Shown here: piece after piece, positions 37,901 to 51,180 of the stretch
Layout of the letters: the number at the start of each line of letters is the position of its first letter
How positions within the stretch are numbered: position 1 is the stretch's first letter
NCBI RefSeq assembly: GCF_035703485.1
Contig: NZ_DASSYD010000207.1
Span: 8,126-72,125, forward strand
DNA length: 64,000 bases
DNA from: Dokdonella sp.
GTDB taxonomy: Bacteria > Pseudomonadota > Gammaproteobacteria > Xanthomonadales > Rhodanobacteraceae
Reading direction: 5' to 3'
Notes under the pieces: generated by a model
Told to the model about the DNA's origin: nothing
Databases searched by the model: none
Seen by the model: only the letters and a program-made list of their open reading frames with translations
Made by a program: the position numbers and the translations under genes

Positions 37901-38217
37901 ACTTTCGCCTCATCGCCGTTACATTGTTCGGAATAGCCGTTTCAGGCGTGTGTAGCGCATCAAGCTTCGGCACCCAGTGTCAGTCTTGCACACCGTTCAA
38001 CTATTCGAGCGCTTCAGTTCAGCAAGCAGCAGTACTACTGGCGAGCAGCAATAGTGCCGCCATTGGAGACACCCTGCAATTATGTAAAGATATTAACAAT
38101 GGGCGGTCACTCCTACTTTCGTATACTGTAAATTCCTCCCCCGTCACGAGTATCGCGAATCTTACTCACGGACCTCTTGGACAAATCATTCTCGATGTTT
38201 CCTGTGACGGCAACTAA
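37897..38217 (+). CDS. Small secreted hypothetical protein (106 aa, 5 Cys)
   Basis: Signal peptide MNFRLIAVTLFGIAVSGVCSA. The mature part is Ser/Cys-rich (SSFGTQCQSCTPFNYSS...LCKD...VSCDGN). ATGA overlap with the upstream gene suggests translational coupling. I recognise no family. Confidence 0.4.
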   Translation: MNFRLIAVTLFGIAVSGVCSASSFGTQCQSCTPFNYSSASVQQAAVLLASSNSAAIGDTLQLCKDINNGRSLLLSYTVNSSPVTSIANLTHGPLGQIILDVSCDGN

Positions 38218-38253
38218 ACTAGTATCGATCTTCGTCTTCTTCTAGCCTTGGTT

Positions 38254-38280
38254 AGCGGAATCCGCCAAGCGGATTCCGCT
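38254..38280. terminator. Perfect 12-bp stem-loop between convergent genes (no U-tract)
   Basis: agcggaatccgc-caa-gcggattccgct. Confidence 0.45.
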
Positions 38281-38356
38281 CTATCGTAGCGGCCCTCAAA
38301 TCTCGAATCAGACTCTGAGGTTTCACCACGAATTTCCGCTGGTAGACCGCGATTGT

Positions 38357-40574
<2,218 letters not shown>

Positions 40575-40678
40575 CCCGCATTGAATCATGTTCATTGCAG
40601 CCAAGCCAGCCAGACGCCACCTGGTTCAAGGCGAGGGTGCTCAGATGGCACAATGGTGGCTTGTCTCAAGGAACTGCC

Positions 40679-42019
40679 ATGGATATCCAGCAACCCGATT
40701 TGCACCCGTTGTACGCCGCCCATCTCGATACCCTCAAGCAACGCAGCGATGCCGCGCTCGATCGCAGCCGCTTTGATCATCTGGTCATTCCGGCAGGCGT
40801 GGCGCGATTGCAGTTCCTCGATGACATGCACTATCCGTTTCATGTCAATCCACATTTCAAGCACTGGTTGCCGGTAACCCGTGCGCCGGGTTCTTGGATT
40901 GTCTACACGCCCGGGCGCCGGCCGAAGCTGATCTATCTGCAGCCTGCCGACTACTGGCACGTGGTACCCGATGCACCGGCCGGCTATTGGGTCGAGCATT
41001 TCGATATCGTCATCATCCGTGAAGAGGATGACGCCTTTGCCGAACTGCCGACGGATGTCTCGCGCTGCGCAATTCTCGGCGAGGACAACGCCGCGCTGCG
41101 GGAGTTTGTTCCGAACAACCCGCAGGGCGTGGTCAACTACCTGCACTATCAGCGCTTCATCAAGACCGCCTATGAGTTGGCCATGATGCGCGTGGCCAAC
41201 AAGATTGGCACCCGCGCCCACCGCGCCGCAGAACGCGCGTTCCGCAGCGGCGTCTCTGAATTCGATATCCACATGGCCTATCTGACGGCCGCCCGTCAGG
41301 GTGACAACGATCTTCCCTACAACAACATCATTGCGCTCAATGAACACGCGGCGGTGCTCCACTACATGCAGGTCCAGCATGTTCCGCCGGCACACTTCCA
41401 TTCATTCCTGATCGATGCCGGTGCCAGCTTCCACGGCTATGCCAGCGACATCACGCGCACCTATGCCGCCGATTCCGACAGCGAGTTCCAGTCGATGATC
41501 GATGCTGTCGATGCGGTGCAGAAGAACCTGTGTGCCGCAGTGGTTGCCGGCAAGGACTACGGTGCCCTGCACGTGGAAGCCCACCACCAGCTCGCCAACG
41601 TGCTGAAGAACTTCGGTTTCATCCGCATGAGCGCTGAAAGTGCGGTCGAATCCGGCGTTTCGTCGGCATTCTTTCCGCACGGACTCGGTCACTCGATTGG
41701 CCTGCAGGTTCACGATGTTGCAGGCTTCGCCGCCGACGACTCCGGGCGCACCATCGATCGCCCGCCAGGCCATCCCTTCCTGCGCATGACGCGCAACATC
41801 GAGCCTGATGCCGTGGTCACGATCGAACCCGGGCTCTATTTCATCGACATGTTGCTGGCCCCACTGAAGGACAAGCCGCAAGGCAAGGACATCGCCTGGG
41901 ATCGCATCGATGCATTCCGTCACTATGGCGGGATCCGCATCGAGGATGATGTGGCTTGCACCGGGGCAGGACCGGAAAACCTGACCCGTGATGCCTTTGC
42001 CCAGCTCGCTGATGCTTGA
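40679..42019 (+). CDS. pepQ: Xaa-Pro dipeptidase
   Basis: Start trimmed to MDIQQPDLHPLYAAHLDTLKQR. Metal-ligand blocks are DAGASFHGYASDITRT, HGLGHSIGLQVHD and TIEPGLYF...GGIRIEDD. Confidence 0.9.
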   Translation: MDIQQPDLHPLYAAHLDTLKQRSDAALDRSRFDHLVIPAGVARLQFLDDMHYPFHVNPHFKHWLPVTRAPGSWIVYTPGRRPKLIYLQPADYWHVVPDAPAGYWVEHFDIVIIREEDDAFAELPTDVSRCAILGEDNAALREFVPNNPQGVVNYLHYQRFIKTAYELAMMRVANKIGTRAHRAAERAFRSGVSEFDIHMAYLTAARQGDNDLPYNNIIALNEHAAVLHYMQVQHVPPAHFHSFLIDAGASFHGYASDITRTYAADSDSEFQSMIDAVDAVQKNLCAAVVAGKDYGALHVEAHHQLANVLKNFGFIRMSAESAVESGVSSAFFPHGLGHSIGLQVHDVAGFAADDSGRTIDRPPGHPFLRMTRNIEPDAVVTIEPGLYFIDMLLAPLKDKPQGKDIAWDRIDAFRHYGGIRIEDDVACTGAGPENLTRDAFAQLADA

Positions 42020-42134
42020 AAGCCAAGCTGAATGGATTCAACCACGCAATAGCACTCGTGCGACCAAACCATGCCTTGCGTCGTCCTTGGTTCTGCATGG
42101 TGCCATCCGTTGGCACCCTTGATTGGAGAATGAA

Positions 42135-42692
42135 ATGAACAGATCCACATCCATTCGGCGCCTGCTCCGTGGACTCCTGATCGGGGCTCTGGTGTCCTGC
42201 ATCTCGATTCCGGCCTTCGCTGCGGATGTCGCCAACAAGGATTACAACAGCGATCAGGTCAGTGTGAGCTGGACCGATCCGGCAAAATTCACCGAAATGC
42301 AATTCGGCAACCAGTTTCGCCAACCGGAACCGGAAGTCTGGCTCACGGAGTTCCAGAAAACCCTGGTCAAACGCGGCGACAAGCTGTTGCAACCCGGCCA
42401 GCATCTGGATGTAGTTATCACCAATGTGAAACTGGCCGGCCGCATCGAGCCGGGAACCCTTGGCAACGCCAGCGGTGTACGCGTCGTCAAGTCGATCTAC
42501 CCGCCGGAAGTCAGCCTGAACTTCAAACTGACTGACTCTCAGGGCCAAGTCATCGACAGTGGTGAACGCAACCTGCGCGATGTGGCGTTTCTCGATCGCG
42601 GAACAGCCAACCACAACACCCCTTACCGGTTCGAAACACGCTTGCTCAAGGACTGGCTCAACAGGGAGTTTGGCAAGCGGTCAGGTTCCTGA
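42135..42692 (+). CDS. DUF3016-family periplasmic protein
   Basis: Signal peptide MNRSTSIRRLLRGLLIGALVSCISIPAFA, then VSWTDPAKFTEM...GQHLDVVITNVKLAG, as recalled for DUF3016. Confidence 0.6.
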   Translation: MNRSTSIRRLLRGLLIGALVSCISIPAFAADVANKDYNSDQVSVSWTDPAKFTEMQFGNQFRQPEPEVWLTEFQKTLVKRGDKLLQPGQHLDVVITNVKLAGRIEPGTLGNASGVRVVKSIYPPEVSLNFKLTDSQGQVIDSGERNLRDVAFLDRGTANHNTPYRFETRLLKDWLNREFGKRSGS

Positions 42693-42714
42693 TCCGCGTT
42701 ATCCGGACAAGCGG

Positions 42715-43905
42715 CTAAAGACGTCGCGCCAGACTGATGCTGGCAAGTCCGGCGGGTAATGCCGCCGGCGGGATGTTTCTGGCCAGAATCATGGCCTGAA
42801 ATTTCTCTCCCATTTCGCCCGGCAAGGTCAATCGTTTGACCTGCTGGGCGAGCCCGTAAGCGGTCGCTTCATCGGCGTCGATACGCGCTCGCTCGAATCG
42901 CTGCGCCAATCCGCAGGCAATCAGCAACTGCGCCTGAGCAGCATAGCCGACAAGCTCGAAACCGGCGTGGTTGCCCGCTTCGGCCAGGGCCGTGAAATCA
43001 ACGAATGCGGTGATGTCCTGCAAGCCAGGCCAAGCCAGTGCATCGGCATGGGCACGATGCCGATAGTGACAAACAAGGGTGCCATCGTTGCGCTCGGCGC
43101 GATAGAACTCGGCACGCGGATAGCCATAGTCGACAAACATTGCGATACCCGAGCCCAGACTGCCGAGCACGGCCTGCATCCAGTAGGGCAACTGCGCCAG
43201 GATCTCGGATCGGTAGCCTTCGTCGAACTCACGGCCAAGATCCCGTTCGACATGCCTGACGGCGCCGGCAACAAGCGTATCGGCGGGACGATCACAGATC
43301 ACGAACCGACCTGATTCATCGACGCTGACATGCTCCTCGAACACTTCACCATCGCGAATCGTGAAGCGTGTGGCGGGTAGCGCATCGATCACTTCGTTGG
43401 CAAACAGGACACCGCTCCAGCTTTCTTCTGGCGGTCGATCCAGCCACTGCAACCTTGCAAAGAGTTCGGTGGACAATGCCTCGCGCAGACGCTCTTGTTG
43501 ACGCTCGCGCAGATCGGCGCTCGGCTCCAGAATGCGGTAGCGTCGAGGCAAGACTCCCGCCTCGACAAACGCCAGCATGGCCACTTCGGCGAACGCACCA
43601 CTGCCACCACCGAGTTCGCAGAAATCGGCCTCAGGTCCGAGTTCGCGCAGGCAAGGAATCAAGGCATCGGCGATGCACTGTGCAAACAGCGAACCGAGTT
43701 CGGGCGCAGTGACGAAATCGCCGGCGGCACCGAATTTGATCCGGCCGGCACTGTAGTAGCCGAGCCCTGGTGCGTACAGGCATCGTTCCATGAAGCGCGA
43801 AAACGGCATCGGCCCCTGTGCCGCCATTTCGGCACGCAGCAGCGCAACCAGTTGTGCGGAATGGGCGAGTTCCTGGGCAGTCGGGGGCGGCAGGGAGGGC
43901 TTCAC
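42715..43905 (-). CDS. MidA/NDUFAF7-family SAM-dependent methyltransferase (DUF185)
   Basis: FSRFMERCLYAPGLGYYSAG...GDFVTAPELGSLF...ELGGGSGAFA. GTG start. Confidence 0.8.
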   Translation of the reverse strand: MKPSLPPPTAQELAHSAQLVALLRAEMAAQGPMPFSRFMERCLYAPGLGYYSAGRIKFGAAGDFVTAPELGSLFAQCIADALIPCLRELGPEADFCELGGGSGAFAEVAMLAFVEAGVLPRRYRILEPSADLRERQQERLREALSTELFARLQWLDRPPEESWSGVLFANEVIDALPATRFTIRDGEVFEEHVSVDESGRFVICDRPADTLVAGAVRHVERDLGREFDEGYRSEILAQLPYWMQAVLGSLGSGIAMFVDYGYPRAEFYRAERNDGTLVCHYRHRAHADALAWPGLQDITAFVDFTALAEAGNHAGFELVGYAAQAQLLIACGLAQRFERARIDADEATAYGLAQQVKRLTLPGEMGEKFQAMILARNIPPAALPAGLASISLARRL

Positions 43906-43966
43906 TGGTTCGTTGCGTCGTCTTGCGGCACTCTGGGCAGGATACCGACGTCAACAGAGAACACCA

Positions 43967-44716
43967 ATGACGGATTTACCGAATCCCCGACCCGTAGTGC
44001 TGATTACCGGTGCCGCGCGGCGCGTCGGTGCAATGATTGCGCGCACCCTGCACGGCGCAGGCTACGACCTCGCACTGCATTGCCGGAACTCGCGTGTCGA
44101 ACTCGACACCTTGATCGATGAGCTCGAGCAGCTTCGTCTTTCGAGTACGCTCGCCTTGCAGGCCGACCTGGCCGATATTGATGGCCTGCCCGATCTGGTC
44201 AGCGCCACGATCAGCCGCTTTGGACGCCTTGATGGCCTGGTCAACAATGCATCGGCGTTTTTTCCGACCCCGCTCAGCAGCGCAACGACCGCACGATGGA
44301 ATGAACTGTTCGCATCGAACGCGCAAGCTCCGTACTTTCTGACCCAGGCGGCTGCGGAACATCTGCGCGATCGCGTCGGAGCCGTCGTCAACCTGCTCGA
44401 CATCTACGCCGAACGTCCCTTGCCCGGCTACTCGATCTACTGCATGGCCAAGGCGGCGCAGGTCGCCATGACCCGCGCCCTCGCCCACGAGCTCGGTCCG
44501 GAGGTACGCATCAACGGCATTGCACCGGGGGCGGTGATGTGGCCGGAAGCCGACAAATCCTATGCCGACAAGGACGAAATCATCGCGCGCACACCGCTCA
44601 AGCGCGCCGGCACCGCCGCCGATGTGGCCGACGCGGCGCTGTGGCTGATCCGTGATGCGCAATTCGTCACCGGACAGATTATCCGCGTCGATGGCGGACG
44701 CTCACTGGCGATCTGA
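43967..44716 (+). CDS. Short-chain dehydrogenase, pteridine reductase/FolM-like
   Basis: VLITGAARRVGAMIA, NNASAFFPTP, and the YCMAKAA (YxxxK) catalytic motif. Start trimmed to MTDLPNPRP. Confidence 0.75.
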   Translation: MTDLPNPRPVVLITGAARRVGAMIARTLHGAGYDLALHCRNSRVELDTLIDELEQLRLSSTLALQADLADIDGLPDLVSATISRFGRLDGLVNNASAFFPTPLSSATTARWNELFASNAQAPYFLTQAAAEHLRDRVGAVVNLLDIYAERPLPGYSIYCMAKAAQVAMTRALAHELGPEVRINGIAPGAVMWPEADKSYADKDEIIARTPLKRAGTAADVADAALWLIRDAQFVTGQIIRVDGGRSLAI

Positions 44717-44777
44717 GAAAAACATCGAGCGCCGCATCAAGGGCAACGCTGCCCAGGCGGCGCTCGACTCAAGTCGG

Positions 44778-45623
44778 TCAGGCTTTGACCTTGAACGCAG
44801 CGTCAAGCATGCCCTTGTCAAAGCCTTCACCGGCATCGCCCTCGGTTGCGTAGCGATACAGCGCGGCGGCATAGACGCCTTGCAGCGCCGCCTGGATCAG
44901 GATCAGCAGCAAAAAGGCGATGACCACGCCGACGATCGCAGTGATCGTGATGGCAAGGATGCCGCTCGAAACGGCCAGGAAGATCAGCCCGCCACCGACG
45001 AATATCAAGGCAAAGATTCCCAGCCCGAAGACCAGGCCGATACCGGCGGTCCCGATAAGGTTCTCGCCCCAGGTTTTTTTCAGCAATTCGGCACTGCGCT
45101 TGACCGCATCAATCGGACCGATGTCCTGACTGACCAGCACCGGCACGACAAGAAACGAAGCCACCGTCCAGGCCAGGCCGATCAGACCGATGACGAAACG
45201 GCCGATGAATCCGGCACGCTCCTGCAAGGCGCGCAGAATGACGCCAACGGTAGCCGCGATGACCGCGTAACCAAGGATCGACGGCAGCTTTGACATGGCA
45301 ATGCGAAAACCATCGGCAACCGTTGGATCGCCACCGTTGAGACGAATCATCGCCGCACCGATCAAGGCCGAATTGAAGAAGATGATGACGAAGTACTGAA
45401 CCACATAGAAAGCAAACAGGAAGACATAGAACACGGGACTCATGTTTTCGCGATCGAGCCCGCTGAACAGTCCGGCAAAAATGGCCGGCACGAAGAACGT
45501 CGCCGCCACGAGGATGCAACTGATCGCCGAAAGCAGCGGAAACACCAGCAGCTCCTTGTCGGAACGCAATACCGAGGCGCTGGCCTTGACCAGTGACCAG
45601 CTTTGGGAAAACTTTTCGAACAT
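44778..45623 (-). CDS. Multi-pass membrane protein of unknown function (possibly DUF6159-like)
   Basis: Start trimmed to MFEKFSQSWSLVKASASVL (GGAGAGGAA RBS). About 6 hydrophobic spans. The family name is from memory and uncertain. Confidence 0.55.
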   Translation of the reverse strand: MFEKFSQSWSLVKASASVLRSDKELLVFPLLSAISCILVAATFFVPAIFAGLFSGLDRENMSPVFYVFLFAFYVVQYFVIIFFNSALIGAAMIRLNGGDPTVADGFRIAMSKLPSILGYAVIAATVGVILRALQERAGFIGRFVIGLIGLAWTVASFLVVPVLVSQDIGPIDAVKRSAELLKKTWGENLIGTAGIGLVFGLGIFALIFVGGGLIFLAVSSGILAITITAIVGVVIAFLLLILIQAALQGVYAAALYRYATEGDAGEGFDKGMLDAAFKVKA

Positions 45624-45788
45624 GAGGATTCCTCTCCGAATCTGTCGATCGACAGCAAAAATGAAGTATAGCCGGGCTGAATCAGCGCGTGTGCTGCGGG
45701 TCAGACGATGTTTGAGGATGGAGCATCGTCGGCAGCAACCGGCATCCAGCGTAGAATGCGGTTTCGTCTCCCACGTGCGGTTTTTCTC

Positions 45789-47171
<1,383 letters not shown>

Positions 47172-47260
47172 AGCACCGGCATCCGATTCGCGTTGCGGCC
47201 CGATCTGTCAGTGCGCCGACTGACCAGCGTTGCCTTTATCAGGAACGATTTCCGTCTGGC

Positions 47261-48019
47261 TCAGGCGTGCAGGATGCAACGCGCAAGCTGACGCAGTTGT
47301 CCGGCTTGCAGCAACTCGACATCACGCTCATCGACGCGAATCAGGCCCTGATCCTGGAATCGACGCAGGACCCGACTGACTGTCTCCGGGGCCAATCGCA
47401 AGTGATTGGCGATGTCGCCACGCGCCATGCTCAGGCGAAAGCGCGTCGCCGAAAAACCACGCGCGGCAAATCGATCGGCGAGCAGGATCAAGAAAGCAGC
47501 CATGCGTTCGTTGGCGTTGTGATCACCGGCAAGCAGAGCCGCCTTGCCGATATCGGCGCTGAGCAGCCGGAATAGTTGCTGCTGAACACCAGGCATCCGC
47601 GTGGCCAGCGTCGCCAACGCAGGAAACGAGAAGCGGCACAGATAGACCGTATCAAGCGCAATCGCATCACACGGATAACGCGCCGGATGGATTGCGTTGA
47701 GGCCGACCATTTCACCCGGCAGATGGAAGCCGAGGATCTGTTCGCGCCCTTCCTCATCGACCGTCGAGGTTTTCACCGTTCCGGCACGCACGGCATATAT
47801 CGATTCAAATTTCTCGCCGGTACTGAAAATGCGGTCGCCGGAATGAAACGGGCCCACATGCTCGACCAGACAGTGCAGATCCTGCAGGGCGGTCTTGTCG
47901 AAACCCCCGGGTATGCAGACCTCGCCAAATGCGCAGGTCGAACAGAAGCGAACCTCATCGCCGTCACCTTCACCGGGATCGATGGGCGCAACGCGTTCAA
48001 TCGGCTTGATATTGCTCAT
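47261..48019 (-). CDS. fnr: FNR/Anr-type oxygen-sensing Crp-family regulator
   Basis: N-terminal Cys cluster FCSTCAFGEVCIP plus a central Cys (YPCDAIAL), a cNMP-like domain, and the C-terminal HTH RGDIANHLRLAPETVSRVL. The ATG at 48019 is preferred; a GTG at 48028 is possible. Confidence 0.9.
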   Translation of the reverse strand: MSNIKPIERVAPIDPGEGDGDEVRFCSTCAFGEVCIPGGFDKTALQDLHCLVEHVGPFHSGDRIFSTGEKFESIYAVRAGTVKTSTVDEEGREQILGFHLPGEMVGLNAIHPARYPCDAIALDTVYLCRFSFPALATLATRMPGVQQQLFRLLSADIGKAALLAGDHNANERMAAFLILLADRFAARGFSATRFRLSMARGDIANHLRLAPETVSRVLRRFQDQGLIRVDERDVELLQAGQLRQLARCILHA

Positions 48020-48179
48020 TGCCACCACGTGGATCGCGCCGGAGCGGCGCGTTTCAGTCCATTCGCGACCGCGAGGTCACCCCAACGGACGGACTGGATG
48101 ATACGCAGGATGCCATCGCACTGTGAACCATCCTGTCGCCGGTGAGTGGCGTGCTGCCCCGGGTTGTGGCTCCAGCCAC

Positions 48180-48764
48180 TCAGTTGCTATCGAGAACCGC
48201 CTTGATCGCGGCAATGAAGTCTGGATCGATCTTGCCCATGACATCACTGCGCGCGGCAATCCGACCCTCGGCATCGAGCAGAAGCAACACGCTGGAATGG
48301 TTGAATTCACCGTCATCGAGCTGTCGGTACTGGATTCCGAGGACAGCGGCGAGCTTGCGCACATTGGCCGCATCGGTGCGTGCCAGGGTCCAGCGGCTGG
48401 ATTGGATCTTGCGCTTTTCGGCCTGGGCCTTGAGTGCAGCAGGATCATCGCGTTCAGCATCGAAGCTGACCATCAGCACGGATAGTTTTGCCCGCTGGCT
48501 ATCGTCCAGTTTGCGCTCGGCCATGCGTGTCGTGTCGATGATCAGCGGACACATGTAGGCACACGAGGTATAGAACATCGTGACCAATCGTGGCTGGCCG
48601 CGCAGGCTGGCGAAATTGAAGGTCTTGGCGTTCTGGTCAACCAGCGGGACTTGAAGCTGGTAGACCGAATCACCCGGCAAACTGGCAGCTTTTGTCGCGG
48701 TCGCCGACGCCAACAGCAAGCCAACCAGCACGATGCGGGAAATACGGGCAGCATGCCGGATCAT
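48180..48764 (-). CDS. SCO1/SenC-family copper chaperone (thioredoxin fold)
   Basis: Signal/anchor MIRHAARISRIVLVGLLLASA, the CxxxC motif FYTSCAYMCP, and a late His (FNHSS). ATGA overlap with nirV. Confidence 0.85.
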   Translation of the reverse strand: MIRHAARISRIVLVGLLLASATATKAASLPGDSVYQLQVPLVDQNAKTFNFASLRGQPRLVTMFYTSCAYMCPLIIDTTRMAERKLDDSQRAKLSVLMVSFDAERDDPAALKAQAEKRKIQSSRWTLARTDAANVRKLAAVLGIQYRQLDDGEFNHSSVLLLLDAEGRIAARSDVMGKIDPDFIAAIKAVLDSN

Positions 48765-49579
48765 GGTGTTGTTTCCTGGTCTGGACGCACACAACGGAAG
48801 CCAACATTGCCGGTGACATCCGCTCCTTTCAGTGACGACAGCATGGCGATGCGCATGAGCACCGCGTAGTTGTCGCGATCCTGCATTGACAATGCCCCAG
48901 CGCCACAGAACTTGAGCAGATCGGGATCACCCTGGTTGCGATTGTCAGCGCTGACAAACAATGCATTGAAATCATCGACCCATTCCCAGACCAGGCCGTG
49001 CAAATCACGCACACCATAAGCATTCGGCGCGCCGCCGACCCACTCGGGATCACCGTTTGAAGTCTTCGAATACCAGCCAAGAATGCGATTTCGCCAGGCT
49101 GGATCGTTGCGTGCATCGCGATGTGTCTCATCGGCGGCAGCGACGTATTCCCATTCATGCCAGCTCGGCAACCTGGCATCTTCACTCTCGCAGTAGGCTT
49201 GCGCGGCAAACCAGCTGACCTTGACTATCGGTTGCCGGGCTTGTGCATCGGAAATGGATTGATCACCCATCCAGTGATCGAGATAGCGCGACTCGGCAAA
49301 TACACCGGCCACCTTGTCACGACGCCATTGCGGATGACTCCGCACGAAGGCCAGAAACTCGGCGTTGGTCACCGGCTCAGCGCGCATCGACATGGGCTTG
49401 ATGATGACATCGAGCGGTGTGTCTGCTGTCGGCAGTACGGATTGATAGGCGCCGCCAGGGATAGCAATGTATTCGGCGGCGACAACAGGAAATGCCAGTG
49501 CCAGCGCGATCATTCCTGCAGCCAGCCGGTGTCCCCGCCGGCTGGCTGCACGCTTCACGCTGGAGTCGAAGAAATTCAT
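48761..49579 (-). CDS. nirV: Formylglycine-generating-enzyme-family protein, NirV-like
   Basis: Sulfatase-modifying-factor fold blocks (VSWFAAQAYC, RLPSWHEWEY, GLVWEWVDD, NVGFRCV). Its position directly downstream of nirK matches the known nirK-nirV pairs. Confidence 0.75.
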   Translation of the reverse strand: MNFFDSSVKRAASRRGHRLAAGMIALALAFPVVAAEYIAIPGGAYQSVLPTADTPLDVIIKPMSMRAEPVTNAEFLAFVRSHPQWRRDKVAGVFAESRYLDHWMGDQSISDAQARQPIVKVSWFAAQAYCESEDARLPSWHEWEYVAAADETHRDARNDPAWRNRILGWYSKTSNGDPEWVGGAPNAYGVRDLHGLVWEWVDDFNALFVSADNRNQGDPDLLKFCGAGALSMQDRDNYAVLMRIAMLSSLKGADVTGNVGFRCVRPDQETTP

Positions 49580-49590
49580 CACGACAGGCC

Positions 49591-51102
49591 TTAGTGCGCC
49601 GCACCTTCGGAACGCGGTGTTTCCTTGCGCACCTTGCCCACCTGCTCGGCACTGACGCGACCATCATCATTGCCCCAGCTATTGAACACATAGGTCAGGA
49701 TGTTGGCGATTTCGTCGTTGTTGAGCTGGCTCATCGGCGGCATCACCGAATCGTATTCCTTGCCGTTGACGGTGATCTTGCCGACCAGGCCATTGAGCAC
49801 GTAATGGATGGCTGCCTCGGGATCCTTGCTCAGGAAATCGGATTTCGCCAGCGGCGGGAACACGCCCGCAAGTCCCTCGCCGTTGTCCTGATGGCAAACC
49901 GAGCAGGTTCCCGTGTAATGCGCCTTGCCTGCAGCGATCTGCTGCTCAAGCGTCAGCGTTCCACTGACTGCGGCATCACGCGCCTCGGTGACCGGTTCCA
50001 GGCTGACCGCCTTGTCACCCAGATAAACCGAATCCACTTCCTTGCCCGAATAAATCGCCTTGTCTTCCTCACCATCGACCTTGAGGATGGCCAATGCGCC
50101 CTTGTTGAAGGCGCGGAAGATCGAGTGATCGACGAGCACGTAGCTGCCCGGCACCTCGACATGGAAGTCGGCCATCATCGCGCCACCCGATGGAATCAGT
50201 GTGGTCTGCACGTTTTCCTGATAATGCGTGCCGCCTTCGTACCAGACCTTGTCGAAGATCTCGCCGATGACGTGGAAGCTTGAAACCAGGTTCGGGCCCC
50301 CGTTGCCCATGAACAGGCGCACGTGTTCGCCGGTCCTGGCCTTGAGTGCCTTTTCGTTGATCAGCGCGCCTTCCGAACCGTTGAACAGCACATAGGTCGG
50401 GTTCTCGTCGATCGCCTTCTGCATGTCGAAGGCCTGCAGGCCCTTCTCGCGGTATTTGCCAACCGTATAGAAATCGCCCTGCATCACGTAGTACTCGTGA
50501 TCAACGGGCGGCAGACCTTCCGGCGGCTCAACCAGGATCATGCCGTACATGCCATTGGCGATATGCATGCCAACCGGCGCGGTTGCGCAGTGATAGACGA
50601 ACAATCCGTGATTGAGCGCCTTGAAGGTGAACTGCGATTCATGGCCCGGCGCGGTAAAGCTCGATGACGCACCACCGCCTGGCCCGGTGACGCCGTGCAA
50701 GTCGATGTTATGCGGCATTTTTGAATCAGGATGGTTCTTCAGATGGAATTCGACCGTGTCACCCTGGCGCACGCGGATGAAACTGCCCGGCACGGTACCG
50801 CCGAAGGTCCAGAACGTGTAAGTCGACCCCTCGGAAATCTCCATTTCAAGTTCGCGAACCTCGAGTTCAACGATGACCTTGGCCGGCGCGGTACGACCCG
50901 TGGCTGGGGGAACTTCGGGAGGGCTGGTCAGAATGGCGTGAATCGGCTCACCCTGTGGCGGCCCGAAGTCGCCCTTCGCGGAGCCGCCAGTATCTACCTT
51001 CTCGGACGCTGCCAAAGCAGTCTTCGAAGGTGCCTGAGTCTCCGACGAGCAAGCCCCGAGCAACAAGGCAGACAGGGCGATTGCAATCATTACCGGCTTC
51101 AT
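49591..51102 (-). CDS. nirK: Copper-containing nitrite reductase with a C-terminal c-type cytochrome domain; predicted lipoprotein
   Basis: Start trimmed to [18 protein letters not shown] (lipobox). Type-1/type-2 Cu ligand blocks are [33 protein letters not shown] and HVIGEIFD. The C-terminal haem motif is [13 protein letters not shown]...M. Confidence 0.9.
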   Translation of the reverse strand: MKPVMIAIALSALLLGACSSETQAPSKTALAASEKVDTGGSAKGDFGPPQGEPIHAILTSPPEVPPATGRTAPAKVIVELEVRELEMEISEGSTYTFWTFGGTVPGSFIRVRQGDTVEFHLKNHPDSKMPHNIDLHGVTGPGGGASSSFTAPGHESQFTFKALNHGLFVYHCATAPVGMHIANGMYGMILVEPPEGLPPVDHEYYVMQGDFYTVGKYREKGLQAFDMQKAIDENPTYVLFNGSEGALINEKALKARTGEHVRLFMGNGGPNLVSSFHVIGEIFDKVWYEGGTHYQENVQTTLIPSGGAMMADFHVEVPGSYVLVDHSIFRAFNKGALAILKVDGEEDKAIYSGKEVDSVYLGDKAVSLEPVTEARDAAVSGTLTLEQQIAAGKAHYTGTCSVCHQDNGEGLAGVFPPLAKSDFLSKDPEAAIHYVLNGLVGKITVNGKEYDSVMPPMSQLNNDEIANILTYVFNSWGNDDGRVSAEQVGKVRKETPRSEGAAH

Positions 51103-51166
51103 TGAATTTCCTTGAATCATGGGTTTTGGAATAGGCCACACGTTATCGAATCGTGGAGAAATCGTC

Positions 51167-51180
51167 TTGACTCTGATCAA
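51167..51180. promoter_or_regulatory. FNR/Anr/Dnr-type box (TTGAC-N4-ATCAA) in the nirK / 51410 divergent region
   Basis: ttgactctgatcaa, centred about 72 bp upstream of the nirK ATG. Confidence 0.65.
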
